Shown: positions 28,325 through 37,703, numbered from the stretch's first letter. The stretch: 64,000 nt of DNA from Minisyncoccota bacterium (GCA_041648595.1 JBAZOQ010000002.1:10446-74445); one strand, 5' to 3'. Numbers and translations: made by a program. Notes: a model not told the origin generated them from the letters alone.

Positions 28325-29341
28325 CTAATACAATAGTGTTTAAGAACACCCATATAAGAAGCCATAATTTGTTGAAATTTATCTTTATTTATTTTCCCAA
28401 TAGCTAATTCTTTTCGTGCTTTTTTAAGTTTTTTAAAAATTCTTTTCTTGGTTCTCGTTCTTAATACAATTATGTTAGGTAAAATAACATAACCCACAAA
28501 ATCTATTCCTCGACTTAATTTTCTTATATAAACTTTATCTGGATGTAATTCAAGTTTTAAGTTTTGTTTTAAAAAAATTTCTATTTCTTTTTTGTATAAT
28601 GTAAGCAAATTTTCACTTTCAAAAATTAAGACAAAATCATCAGCATATCTAAAATAATGTTTAATTTTAAGTTTATGTTTTATAAATTGATCCAATTCAT
28701 TTAAATAAATATTTGCAAAAAGTTGGCTAGTTACATTACCCAAAGGAAGTCCAACATTTGGAAACTTCTCAAAACTTTTTAAAATTTTATTAATTAACCA
28801 TAATGTATCTTCGTCTGAAATCTTTTTTTTAATAAGCTCAAATAATATAATATGGTCTATATTTTCAAAAAATTTTCTAATATCACACTTTAAAACAAAA
28901 ACTGGCTGTTTCCAATTTTTACTTTCTTTACGTAAAGCTACAAAAAGTTTTTTTGATGCTTTGTGTGTCCCTTTTTTAAGTCGTGAAGAATATGAATGAA
29001 ATATAAAATGTTTATCAAAAATTTGATATAAAACTCTAAAAACTGCTTGATTTAACACTCTATCTCTAACCACCGCTTTATGTATATGTCTGCGTTTTGG
29101 ATCATACACAAAAAATGCTTGATACTTTGTAGGTTTATAAATTTTACTTATTAGTTCCTTATGTAAAGAAAATAAATTATTTTCTAAATTAAACTCAAAA
29201 TCTGCAACATCTATTTTTTTAGTTTTGCACTTTTTAAATTCCTTCCAAGCTTGAAGTAAATTTGATAAACTTACTACATTATGGAAAAAACTTTGAACAG
29301 CCCCCCCCCCCGACGCAATTTTTGATGTCCTTGTCGTTCAT
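28303..29341 (-). CDS. DGR reverse transcriptase; ATG at 29341 is out of frame by 1 nt in the G11 tract
   Basis: LPLGNVTSQLFANIYL, YFRYADDF, GIDFVGY. The frame is open to 29337 and encodes the DGR-RT N-terminus SLSNLLQAWKEFKK..DVADFEFNLENNL, but has no in-frame ATG/GTG/TTG before 29109. Confidence 0.93.
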
Positions 29342-29674
29342 AAGATGAGAAAATTATATATCTATGTGTATATGATTGGCAACAAGTTACCAAAACGAGA
29401 TAAATTGGGAATTCATAGTTATATTGAAAAAGAATTTTTACAAACTTTTTCAACTTTAATAAACGCTTCACTTGAGCCAAAATCAGAAAAAATAACCTCA
29501 GTCAAAAAAGCGAGACTTCAAATAGAGACATTAAAACAATTATTCAGAACAGAATATGAAACAAAGATTATTACAGAAAAAGTATATTTAAATATAGAAT
29601 TAAAATTGCAAGAAATTTCTAAAATGACAAATGGTTGGTTAAAATATTTACAAACACAAAATCCGCCCAATTAA
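29281..29674 (+). CDS. avd: Avd-like four-helix-bundle accessory protein, antisense to RT; ATG 29281 is out of frame by 1 nt in the C11 tract (internal ATG at 29345)
   Basis: LPKRDKLG...LQEISKMTNGWLK, typical of bAvd; lies between TR and RT. Confidence 0.85.
29301..29311. repeat. C11/G11 homopolymer in the RT/avd overlap (putative phase-variation tract)
   Basis: 11 consecutive C in a very AT-rich sequence. Confidence 0.8.
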
Positions 29675-29694
29675 AATTGAAAGCGGATTTAAGT

Positions 29695-29816
29695 GAGAAA
29701 CTTCTGAACGGATACCATAACTAGAGTTCGAATTGTCCAGATTGTACCAATTCACATTGAACTTGTCGTTGTTCCAATTCGCGTTCGGAACATTACCATC
29801 CGAATTGCGAGAACCG
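29695..29816 (-). repeat. DGR template repeat (TR)
   Basis: 122-nt ungapped match to 30078-30199; 16 of 17 mismatches are at TR adenines (minus strand); rich in AAY codons. Confidence 0.97.
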
Positions 29817-30019
29817 TCCTATTACAAAAAATCATCCATTCCACCGACAAATCAATTACTTAATTTTCTGTGTTATCTCACAGTCGTGAGCAATATGTAG
29901 CATCATTACAAAATTGTATTATCTATGCTCAATTTTTTGCAAGCAGTTTCTTAATATGGCAAACTGTTATCTTAGTTTTAAGATCAGTTTATCAGCCAAA
30001 TATATTTTAACATAAAAAA

Positions 30020-30052
30020 ATTGCGTTAGGTTTTTTAAAAACCTAACGCAAT
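30020..30052. other. Perfect hairpin just downstream of VR/IMH (DGR homing hairpin or terminator)
   Basis: ATTGCGTTAGGTTTTT-T-AAAAACCTAACGCAAT, about 20 nt past the target stop codon. Confidence 0.75.
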
Positions 30053-30072
30053 AAAGATAAAAAGAAAAAAGA

Positions 30073-30807
30073 TTAAAGAGAAATTGCTGAACGGATACCA
30101 GAACTAGAGTTCGAACCGTCCAGATAGTACCAACTCACAAGGAACCCGACGCTGTCCCAATACGCGTTCGGAACATAACCATCCGAATAGCGAGAACCGG
30201 AACAGAAAGTAACACCTTTGATATCTAAATGATTTCCCGTTTCCGAGAAATACTTGATTTCAAGAATGATACGTTCCAAAACAGTGATTCCAATTTTCAT
30301 ATCAGCGTCAGCCTGCCTTGTTGATTTACCGAGATATTCAATGTCAGGTTCAATATCATCACGAACCCAAACAGCGTAATTGTCCGAAGACGTCCGTATA
30401 TTTGTTGGAATTGTCTTGTCTAAATCATCACTATAACGCCATGATTTAAAAATAGCTTTACAACAATCAAAGGCTTTGTTCATCGTCATACCTTTTGCGA
30501 TAAACAATAGACGCCAATTACCGTCAGGACGATTAGGAATGATAACTCTGCTGAAATCTACATCCCAATTGAAATGAGTTTTGTAAAATTTCTGCCATTC
30601 TTCACGAATATTGGCATACTCATCTACAATTGAGAAAACTTCTCGAAGCTTTTTTTTCAGCTCATTTTTGTGTCCGAGCCAATAATCAATTTGCACCTCA
30701 CTAAGTAATGTCGTTAAAAAGTCAACGATAAAACCAGCGAGAGAGCCAATTTTTTGCATTATTCCGCTAATGCTGAGCGTTTCAGATTTTGTCCCATGTT
30801 TTTTCAT
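30073..30807 (-). CDS. DGR target protein (C-terminal variable region, probably CLec-type fold)
   Basis: Last ~40 codons are the VR (GSRYSDGYVPNAYWDSVGFLVSWYYLDGSNSSSGIRSAISL); AAGGAG SD. Confidence 0.93.
   Translation of the reverse strand: MKKHGTKSETLSISGIMQKIGSLAGFIVDFLTTLLSEVQIDYWLGHKNELKKKLREVFSIVDEYANIREEWQKFYKTHFNWDVDFSRVIIPNRPDGNWRLLFIAKGMTMNKAFDCCKAIFKSWRYSDDLDKTIPTNIRTSSDNYAVWVRDDIEPDIEYLGKSTRQADADMKIGITVLERIILEIKYFSETGNHLDIKGVTFCSGSRYSDGYVPNAYWDSVGFLVSWYYLDGSNSSSGIRSAISL
30078..30199 (-). repeat. DGR variable repeat (VR)
   Basis: Adenine-specific divergence from TR. Confidence 0.97.
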
Positions 30808-30954
30808 GGTATGTTCTCCTTTATTACAATGAACTAATTTTTGAGATCTTTGGATACGGCACTCATTATTCCGTTTCGTATATTATATCATATCCTAGAA
30901 AAAAAGCAAGTCTTTTTATTACCTATAAAATGCTATATAATTAAAGGACTTTTT

Positions 30955-32706
30955 ATGGAAAATAATATTGATAAATTACACAACTTAAGACATTCCTTAG
31001 CTCATCTTTTGGCTGCAGCTGTTTTGGAGATATACCCTGATACCAAAAATACAATCGGTCCTTCTATAGAAGATGGCTTTTATTATGATTTTGAATTCTC
31101 GTCTCCTATCTCTGATAAGAACTTACCAAAAATAGAAAAGAAAATGAAAGATATTTTGAAATCTTGGAAAAATTTTGAGAATGAGGAAAAAACTAAAAAG
31201 GAAGCAGAAAATCATTTCAAAAATAATGAATACAAAATAGAACTTATAAACGAAATTAATGAAAAAGGAGAAAAAATAACTTTCTATACTTGTGGAGCTT
31301 TTACAGATCTTTGCCGTGGTGGACATTTAGAAAATCCGAGTAAAGAAATAAGTCCAGATTCATTTAAATTAGATCGTGTAGCTGGGGCATATTGGCGTGG
31401 AGATGAAAAAAATAAAATGCTTACCCGCATTTACGGATTGGCTTTCGAAACAAAAGAAGAATTGGAGGCTTATGTGATACAACGAGAGGAGGCTCTAAAA
31501 AGAGACCATAAAAAAATCGGTAAGGAATTAGGATTATTTGCTTTTAGCCCTCTTGTTGGTTCAGGTCTTCCTCTATTTCTGCCAAAAGGTGAAATAATTT
31601 TTTACGAGCTGGAAAAATATATGCGTGAAGAAAAAGAAAAGCTTCATTATAAATTTGTCCATATACCCCATATTGCCAAAACAGAGCTTTACAAAAAAAG
31701 CGGTCACTTAGGAAAATATGATGCAATGATGCCAATTATGCAAGATGCTGAAGGCGATCAATATGTTATGAAAGCAATGAATTGTCCTCACCATTTTGAA
31801 ATCTATAATGCAGAACCCCATAGCTATCGTGATCTTCCTTATAGATTAGCCGAAACTACAACCGTTTATCGTAATGAGAAAAGCGGAGAATTGAGTGGGT
31901 TAGTTCGAGTCAAAGCTTTAACGCAAGATGACACACATCACTTTATTCGTCATGATCAAATCCAACAAGAAATTGAAATGATTCTAGGGTTAATGGATAA
32001 AGTTTATAAAAATTTTGGTTTCAAGGATTACACTGTGCAAATATCCATTCGCGATCCAAAAAATCCTGATAAATATTTCGGTGGGGATGAACTTTGGAAA
32101 GAATCTGAGAAAATACTTATCGACTCTGTAAAGAAATGGAACCGTCCTTACATAGTTACAGAAGGAGAAGCAGCTTTCTATGGGCCTAAGATAGATATAA
32201 TGGTGAAAGATTCGATTGGTCGTAATTGGCAATTGACTACGGTTCAACTTGATTTTAATCAACCAGAAAATTTTCATATGCGATATATAGGAGAAGATGG
32301 AAAAGAACATGCTCCTGCTGTGTTACATGTTGCAGTATTAGGTTCTATTGAACGTTTTATGGGAGTATTGATTGAACACTATGCCGGCGCCTTCCCTCTC
32401 TGGCTCTCACCAGTACAGGTGAAAGTAATCCCTGTGCGCACCAGCCACAACGAATACGCCAAAAAAGTTTTTGAATTATTGAAAGAGAACAACATCCGCG
32501 CGAAATTTGACGATGCCGAGGAAAACCTCGGAGGAAAAGTCCGCAATGCGAAAAACAATAAGATTCCTTATTGGATTGTTATAGGTGACAAGGAAATAGA
32601 AGCGAAAAAGGTTACCCTCGAATCTCGCGACAAAGGCCAGCTTGGACAGATATCAAAAGAAGAATTATTGAAAAAACTTTTGGAGGAAATAAAGAATAAG
32701 AAATAA
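30955..32706 (+). CDS. thrS: Threonyl-tRNA synthetase
   Basis: LRHSLAHL, DLCRGGH, MNCPHH, AAFYGPKID, GSIERF. Confidence 0.97.
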   Translation: MENNIDKLHNLRHSLAHLLAAAVLEIYPDTKNTIGPSIEDGFYYDFEFSSPISDKNLPKIEKKMKDILKSWKNFENEEKTKKEAENHFKNNEYKIELINEINEKGEKITFYTCGAFTDLCRGGHLENPSKEISPDSFKLDRVAGAYWRGDEKNKMLTRIYGLAFETKEELEAYVIQREEALKRDHKKIGKELGLFAFSPLVGSGLPLFLPKGEIIFYELEKYMREEKEKLHYKFVHIPHIAKTELYKKSGHLGKYDAMMPIMQDAEGDQYVMKAMNCPHHFEIYNAEPHSYRDLPYRLAETTTVYRNEKSGELSGLVRVKALTQDDTHHFIRHDQIQQEIEMILGLMDKVYKNFGFKDYTVQISIRDPKNPDKYFGGDELWKESEKILIDSVKKWNRPYIVTEGEAAFYGPKIDIMVKDSIGRNWQLTTVQLDFNQPENFHMRYIGEDGKEHAPAVLHVAVLGSIERFMGVLIEHYAGAFPLWLSPVQVKVIPVRTSHNEYAKKVFELLKENNIRAKFDDAEENLGGKVRNAKNNKIPYWIVIGDKEIEAKKVTLESRDKGQLGQISKEELLKKLLEEIKNKK

Positions 32707-32710
32707 AATT

Positions 32711-33016
32711 ATGCCAGAGGGTTATCACAAATTAGTTCGAGATAAAATTCCAGAACATTTAGATGCTAAAGGTATTTCCTATGAACAAACGACAGCTACA
32801 CCAGAAGAATACAGAAAAAGACTATTGGAAAAATTAGCTGAAGAAGTAAAAGAATTCCTTGATGCTCGCAATAGTGAGGAATTAGCTGATATTTTAGAAG
32901 TAATCGAAGCTCTTAAAAAATTGCCAAAATTTAAGAATGTAGAAGAAGTTAAAAAGAAAAAACTCGCAGAAAAAGGGGGATTTGAAAAAAGAGTAATTTT
33001 AAAGGGAAAAAAATAG
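32711..33016 (+). CDS. MazG-like / phosphoribosyl-ATP pyrophosphohydrolase-like NTP pyrophosphatase
   Basis: KLVRDKIP, KLAEEVKE, EELADILEV, KGGFEKR. Confidence 0.85.
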   Translation: MPEGYHKLVRDKIPEHLDAKGISYEQTTATPEEYRKRLLEKLAEEVKEFLDARNSEELADILEVIEALKKLPKFKNVEEVKKKKLAEKGGFEKRVILKGKK

Positions 33017-33018
33017 TT

Positions 33019-33052
33019 GTTTACCATATTGACGGTCGTTAGTTTGGTAAAC
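33019..33052. repeat. 34-bp palindrome downstream of PaaX/Cas2-like gene
   Basis: GTTTACCATATTGACGGTCGTTAGTTTGGTAAAC. Confidence 0.75.
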
Positions 33053-33077
33053 AATAAGGAAAGGAACATAAATCAGC

Positions 33078-33656
33078 CTATGCTATTTTATTTAAACTGC
33101 CCAATTTGCTAATTTCAAAAATTTCAACAAATTCTAAAATTTTAAGGTTTTCTAAGTCTTTTATAAAATCTGCCGGAATTTTTCCTTTCCCTACCCAAAC
33201 ACTTTGATGAACCATTTTAAACCCAAAATTTTTGATAACTTCCCTGAGCCAATTACGCTTTCTTCGCAACCTCTCGGGAATATCGAAACTTATTATAATA
33301 GAGCTACTTTCTTCGATTTTTTTCTCATAAAATCTAGTTGGTAAATTATTTCGAAGTTTACTAAGTTTATCTATTCCTTTACTAGAAATTGTAAATTTAT
33401 TATTTTCTGAATTTTCAATAAGACCATCATGTTTCATCTTAGATATAAATATGGTTAATCTTCTTTTTCTATCTTTTAAGATTTCCACTTGAGATTTTTT
33501 AGCTTCAGAAATTCTCCTGCGTTTTTGATACTCATATTCGATCTTACTTGAACCAGCCCCATAACCGGCAACTAAAACAGCACCAAAGAAATCAACTTGG
33601 GTCATTGTTCCATTATAAAGAAGTTCTAAAGCTTTTAGTAAAATTTTTCCTTTCAT
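33078..33656 (-). CDS. PaaX-like protein (wHTH plus Cas2-like domain)
   Basis: MKHDGLIE..FTISSKG (wHTH); IISFDIPERLRRKRNWLR..GFKMVHQSVWV. Confidence 0.8.
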   Translation of the reverse strand: MKGKILLKALELLYNGTMTQVDFFGAVLVAGYGAGSSKIEYEYQKRRRISEAKKSQVEILKDRKRRLTIFISKMKHDGLIENSENNKFTISSKGIDKLSKLRNNLPTRFYEKKIEESSSIIISFDIPERLRRKRNWLREVIKNFGFKMVHQSVWVGKGKIPADFIKDLENLKILEFVEIFEISKLGSLNKIA

Positions 33657-33664
33657 AACTTTAA

Positions 33665-33698
33665 GTTTACTACATTGACGACCGTTAGTATAGTAAAC
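33665..33698. repeat. 34-bp palindrome upstream of PaaX/Cas2-like gene
   Basis: GTTTACTACATTGACGACCGTTAGTATAGTAAAC. Confidence 0.75.
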
Positions 33699-33715
33699 AA
33701 GATACGTAAACAACT

Positions 33716-35782
33716 TTAGATATCAATCTCTGCTAATTTGGCATTGGATTGGATAAAAGATTTTCGTGGTGGAACTTCGGAGCCCATTAGAATTTCAAAA
33801 ACTTTATTGGCTTCTTCTGCATCATCTATATTTACTTTCTTAAGCACTCGATGAGCTGGGTCCATGGTTGTTTCCCAAAGTTCTTCCGGATTCATTTCTC
33901 CGAGACCCTTGTAACGCTGTATATGAACCTTTATCGTCCCCGTGCCGATATTGCCTTCCCCTTCGGGCGAAGTCCCTAAAGACTCATCGGGAATTGCTTC
34001 AATGATATCAACTTCGGCAGCGGAATGTCCAATAAGTTTTATTTTTTCTTCATCTGAATAAGCATAATTAATTTCTTTACCTTTTTTTATTTTATAAAGT
34101 GGTGGTTGTGCAATATAAATATATCCAGCATCAACAATCGCCCTAAAATATCTATAAAAAAGAGTAAGTAATAATGTACGTATGTGTGCACCATCGACAT
34201 CAGCATCTGTGGCAATAATAATTTTATGATAACGTATCTTAGAAAGATCAAAAGTGTCCCCAATAGAAGTACCAAGAGCAATAACTAAAGACCTTATTTC
34301 TTTTGAAGCAAGCATTTTATCAATTCTTGCTCTTTCAACATTTAAAATTTTTCCTTTCAAGGGAAGAATAGCTTGCGTGCGTCTATCTCTACCTTGTTTT
34401 GCTGAACCACCTGCAGAATCTCCCTCTACTAAAAATAATTCTGATTCTTCTGCACTCTTACTTTGACAATCTGCTAATTTTCCAGGAAGTGTCATACCTT
34501 CAAGTGCACCCTTACGAAGCACAGAATCTTTCGCTGCTTTAGCAGCTTTACGAGCCTTAAGGGCAAGAATAGATTTATTAATTATAGCTTTTGCTTCGTC
34601 TGGATTCTCTTCTAAAAAGCTCGCAAACGCTTCTGAAAATACTGTACTGACAGCACTTTGTGCTTCCATAGAACCTAACTTTGCTTTTGTCTGACCCTCA
34701 AATTGAATTTCTCGAAGTTTAACAGATATTACACAAGTTAAACCTTCAAGAACATCGTCTCCAGTAAATCCTCCCTCAGATTCCTTCATCAATTCATTCT
34801 TCTTACAATAAGTATTAAGTGTCCTTGTAAGAGCAGTCTTAAAACCAGTAACATGTGTACCTCCCTCTCCCGTATAAATATTGTTTGCAAAAGGAACAAT
34901 ATGATCCACTATGTCATCTATATATTGAAGAGCTATTTCTACTCCCACACTATCTAATTCTTTTTCAACATAAAAAATATGATTATGAATTGGTTTTTGA
35001 AATCTATTATAATATTTTACCAAAGAAGTAAGCCCACCTTCAAAATAAAAAGAGATAGATGGTAACTCAAGTTCTAATTCTTTAAAATAAAAAATGTCTG
35101 AATCATCTATCTTTCCTTCATATAGACGTGCATCAATTATTAAAATTTTAAGTCCTTTCACTAAATATGCTTGCTGACGAATATGACTCACTACTGTAGC
35201 CAAATCAAATTTAATATCTTTAAAGATTTCTACATCTGGTTCAAAAGTAATTATTGTTCCACTCAATTTAGAAGAACCAACTTTTTTAACAGCAATTTTT
35301 TTCTTTCCCTGAGAATATTCCTGAGAATATTTACCACCATCTTTGTGAACCTCTGCTTTACAATAAATAGAAAGTGCATTAACGACAGACGCACCGACAC
35401 CATGTAATCCTCCAGAAACTTTATAACCTTCACCTCCAAATTTTCCTCCTGCGTGAAGTGTAGTCATCACAGTTTCCAATGCTGATACTTTTGTTTTTTT
35501 ATGTATATCAACAGGTACACCTCGTCCATTATCTGCAACACGTATACGATTGTTGGGCAATAACACTATTTCAATATCATTACAAAAACCACCCATTGCT
35601 TCATCACGTGAATTATCAAAAATCTCCCAAATAAGATGGTGCAATCCTTCAGGCCCTGTAGTACCAATATACATACCAGGACGGCGTCTTACGGGCTCCA
35701 AGCCCTCTAAAACCGATATGTCAGATGCGTCATAATGATGCCCATTCCCCTGTGCTTTTTTTATGTCTTTTTCTTTAGTCAT
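33716..35782 (-). CDS. gyrB: DNA gyrase subunit B
   Basis: RPGMYIG, GGLHGVG, EGDSAGG, DADVDG, YKGLGEMN. Confidence 0.95.
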   Translation of the reverse strand: MTKEKDIKKAQGNGHHYDASDISVLEGLEPVRRRPGMYIGTTGPEGLHHLIWEIFDNSRDEAMGGFCNDIEIVLLPNNRIRVADNGRGVPVDIHKKTKVSALETVMTTLHAGGKFGGEGYKVSGGLHGVGASVVNALSIYCKAEVHKDGGKYSQEYSQGKKKIAVKKVGSSKLSGTIITFEPDVEIFKDIKFDLATVVSHIRQQAYLVKGLKILIIDARLYEGKIDDSDIFYFKELELELPSISFYFEGGLTSLVKYYNRFQKPIHNHIFYVEKELDSVGVEIALQYIDDIVDHIVPFANNIYTGEGGTHVTGFKTALTRTLNTYCKKNELMKESEGGFTGDDVLEGLTCVISVKLREIQFEGQTKAKLGSMEAQSAVSTVFSEAFASFLEENPDEAKAIINKSILALKARKAAKAAKDSVLRKGALEGMTLPGKLADCQSKSAEESELFLVEGDSAGGSAKQGRDRRTQAILPLKGKILNVERARIDKMLASKEIRSLVIALGTSIGDTFDLSKIRYHKIIIATDADVDGAHIRTLLLTLFYRYFRAIVDAGYIYIAQPPLYKIKKGKEINYAYSDEEKIKLIGHSAAEVDIIEAIPDESLGTSPEGEGNIGTGTIKVHIQRYKGLGEMNPEELWETTMDPAHRVLKKVNIDDAEEANKVFEILMGSEVPPRKSFIQSNAKLAEIDI

Positions 35783-35868
35783 TTTATATTAAATCAAAAA
35801 AATAAAAGCAAAATACAAATTTTTGCTTAGTATATTATAGCAGAAAAATAGCTCAGAAACCAGCAAAT

Positions 35869-37692
35869 TTAGCGTATTTGCCAACTTGAATTTTCGCTTA
35901 TTTTATGACTTATTTTAGCCATAATTTCATTAATTTCCTCATCTTTCAAAGTTCTCACAAAAGATTGAAAAACAAGTCTAAAAGCATATGAGGTTTTTCC
36001 TTCCTTTGTAAATGAATCAAACAAAAAAGGTTCTTTAACTAAAAGTTCTGTGGCATTTTCTATGAGTAATTTTTTAAGTGTTTCAGAACTTTCTTCTTCT
36101 CTAATCCATACAGCTATATCACGAGAAATAAATGGATAAATTGACCAAGGTTTAAATTTTTGTTCTTCAAAATTCTGTCCCAAGTCAATAAATGGCAAAA
36201 CTTTTTTATCAAAATAGTCAGTAGGAATTTTTTCAGAAACAAAATTCTCTAATGATGTCTCCACTATATTTTTATTATCACCATAAGCAACATGCATCAT
36301 TTCTTTATTTTTATCAAAAACAGTTCCAATTTCAAAAATTTTAATTTCTTTCATTCCAAGAAATGGCGCATTAAGTTGATTAAGTTTCAAACTTTCTTCT
36401 AATCCATCTGTTAAATTTATTCTCAAAAAATTTTTATCTGATGCAGACGCAAGAACTTCCACATTTCCCCCATTTCTAAATGAATATGTCATAACTTCAG
36501 AATAACCATCATTCAAAAGTTTATTTCTAGCTACAGAAATATTATAAAATTTTTCATTCATTTTTGGACTCCATTCTATTTTTGGTAATTTCCCTTCTAT
36601 TCTTTCATATCCTAAAATTTTAATTACATCCTCAGCTAAATCATGTGGGCCAGTTATATCTATACGTAATAATGGAACTAAGATTTTAAATTCACCATTT
36701 TCTTCTTCATATTCAAAACCTAATTTTTCCCAAACACTTTCAATCTCCTCCTTCAAGAAATAAGTACCAAGTCTTTTGTTTATATATTCCACTGATACAA
36801 AAACAGTATTTTGTTTTAATTTTTTAGGATAAATATCTACAATTTCTTCTATATTACCTCCTGCTATATCAAGAATTAAATTAGTTATTTCATTCATAAC
36901 TTGAAAACAAAGTTCTGGAGATATTTCATTTTCATATCTTTTTACAGCATCAGTTAAAATTCCAATTTTCTTTGATGTCTTCCTTATAGAAACTGCATCA
37001 AAATTAGCAACTTCTATAATTATATTCTTCGTATTATTGTCTACCTCAGCTTTCATACCACCCTTTATACCAGCAATAGCTAATACTTCGTTCGCCTGTG
37101 GTGAGCCTGTCGAACCATCAGCAATTACTAAAATAGATTCATCTAAATTAATTTCTTTTTTATCAAGAGTAGTAATTCTCTCACCAGTTTTTCCATTTCG
37201 AATAATTATTTTTTCACTCTCTAATTTATCTAGGTCAAAACAATGAATTGGTTGTCCTAAGTCAAACATAACAAAATTAGCAGTGTCTACAATATTATTT
37301 ATTGATTTTTGACCTATCGTCTCTAATCTATTTTTTAACCAATCTGGACTTTTTTCAATTTTTATATTTCTAATAATTCTTCCCATATAACGAAAACATT
37401 TTTCTGATTCAATTTTAATATTTAAATTAGTCGAAACTGATTTAAAATTTTTATATTCTTTTTCTTTTAACTTCAAATTAAAAATAGCCTTGACTTCCTT
37501 CGCAATTCCCCAATGTGAAAGACAATCATGTGCTCTATCCGGTAAAACTTTGATATCAAAAATAACATCATCACCTACTTTTTCTAAGCTTTCTACTTCA
37601 AAAGAATGAAAAATAATACCATCAGCTAATTTTTCAGGATCTGGTAATCTTTCTTCAAAATAATTTTGCAACCAATTATAACTAACTTTCAT
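35869..37692 (-). CDS. pheT: Phenylalanyl-tRNA synthetase beta subunit (short form)
   Basis: MKVSYNWL, PDRAHDCLSH, B3/4 domain, C-terminal FDX-ACB. Confidence 0.92.
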   Translation of the reverse strand: MKVSYNWLQNYFEERLPDPEKLADGIIFHSFEVESLEKVGDDVIFDIKVLPDRAHDCLSHWGIAKEVKAIFNLKLKEKEYKNFKSVSTNLNIKIESEKCFRYMGRIIRNIKIEKSPDWLKNRLETIGQKSINNIVDTANFVMFDLGQPIHCFDLDKLESEKIIIRNGKTGERITTLDKKEINLDESILVIADGSTGSPQANEVLAIAGIKGGMKAEVDNNTKNIIIEVANFDAVSIRKTSKKIGILTDAVKRYENEISPELCFQVMNEITNLILDIAGGNIEEIVDIYPKKLKQNTVFVSVEYINKRLGTYFLKEEIESVWEKLGFEYEEENGEFKILVPLLRIDITGPHDLAEDVIKILGYERIEGKLPKIEWSPKMNEKFYNISVARNKLLNDGYSEVMTYSFRNGGNVEVLASASDKNFLRINLTDGLEESLKLNQLNAPFLGMKEIKIFEIGTVFDKNKEMMHVAYGDNKNIVETSLENFVSEKIPTDYFDKKVLPFIDLGQNFEEQKFKPWSIYPFISRDIAVWIREEESSETLKKLLIENATELLVKEPFLFDSFTKEGKTSYAFRLVFQSFVRTLKDEEINEIMAKISHKISENSSWQIR

Positions 37693-37703
37693 ATTTTTTA
37701 ATT

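Larger units (their letters stand above)
28303..30807. mobile_element. Diversity-generating retroelement cassette between rpmF and thrS
   Basis: Target/VR, hairpin, TR, avd and RT all present. Confidence 0.95.

Noticed and set aside
28303-29109. Group II intron or retron RT, and the 268-aa ORF as the full protein
   Set aside because: The TR/VR pair, avd and the GNxTSQ motif indicate a DGR, and conserved RT sequence continues well upstream of the GTG at 29109.
29274-29480. 68-aa minus-strand ORF
   Set aside because: Shadow of avd; its end is simply the out-of-frame reading from the RT ATG through the G11 tract.
30841-30954. N-terminal extensions of thrS (also rpoD, pilC, pilA, MTase, PaaX-like) given in the ORF track
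   Set aside because: The extensions run through promoter or repeat sequence; downstream ATGs fit better.
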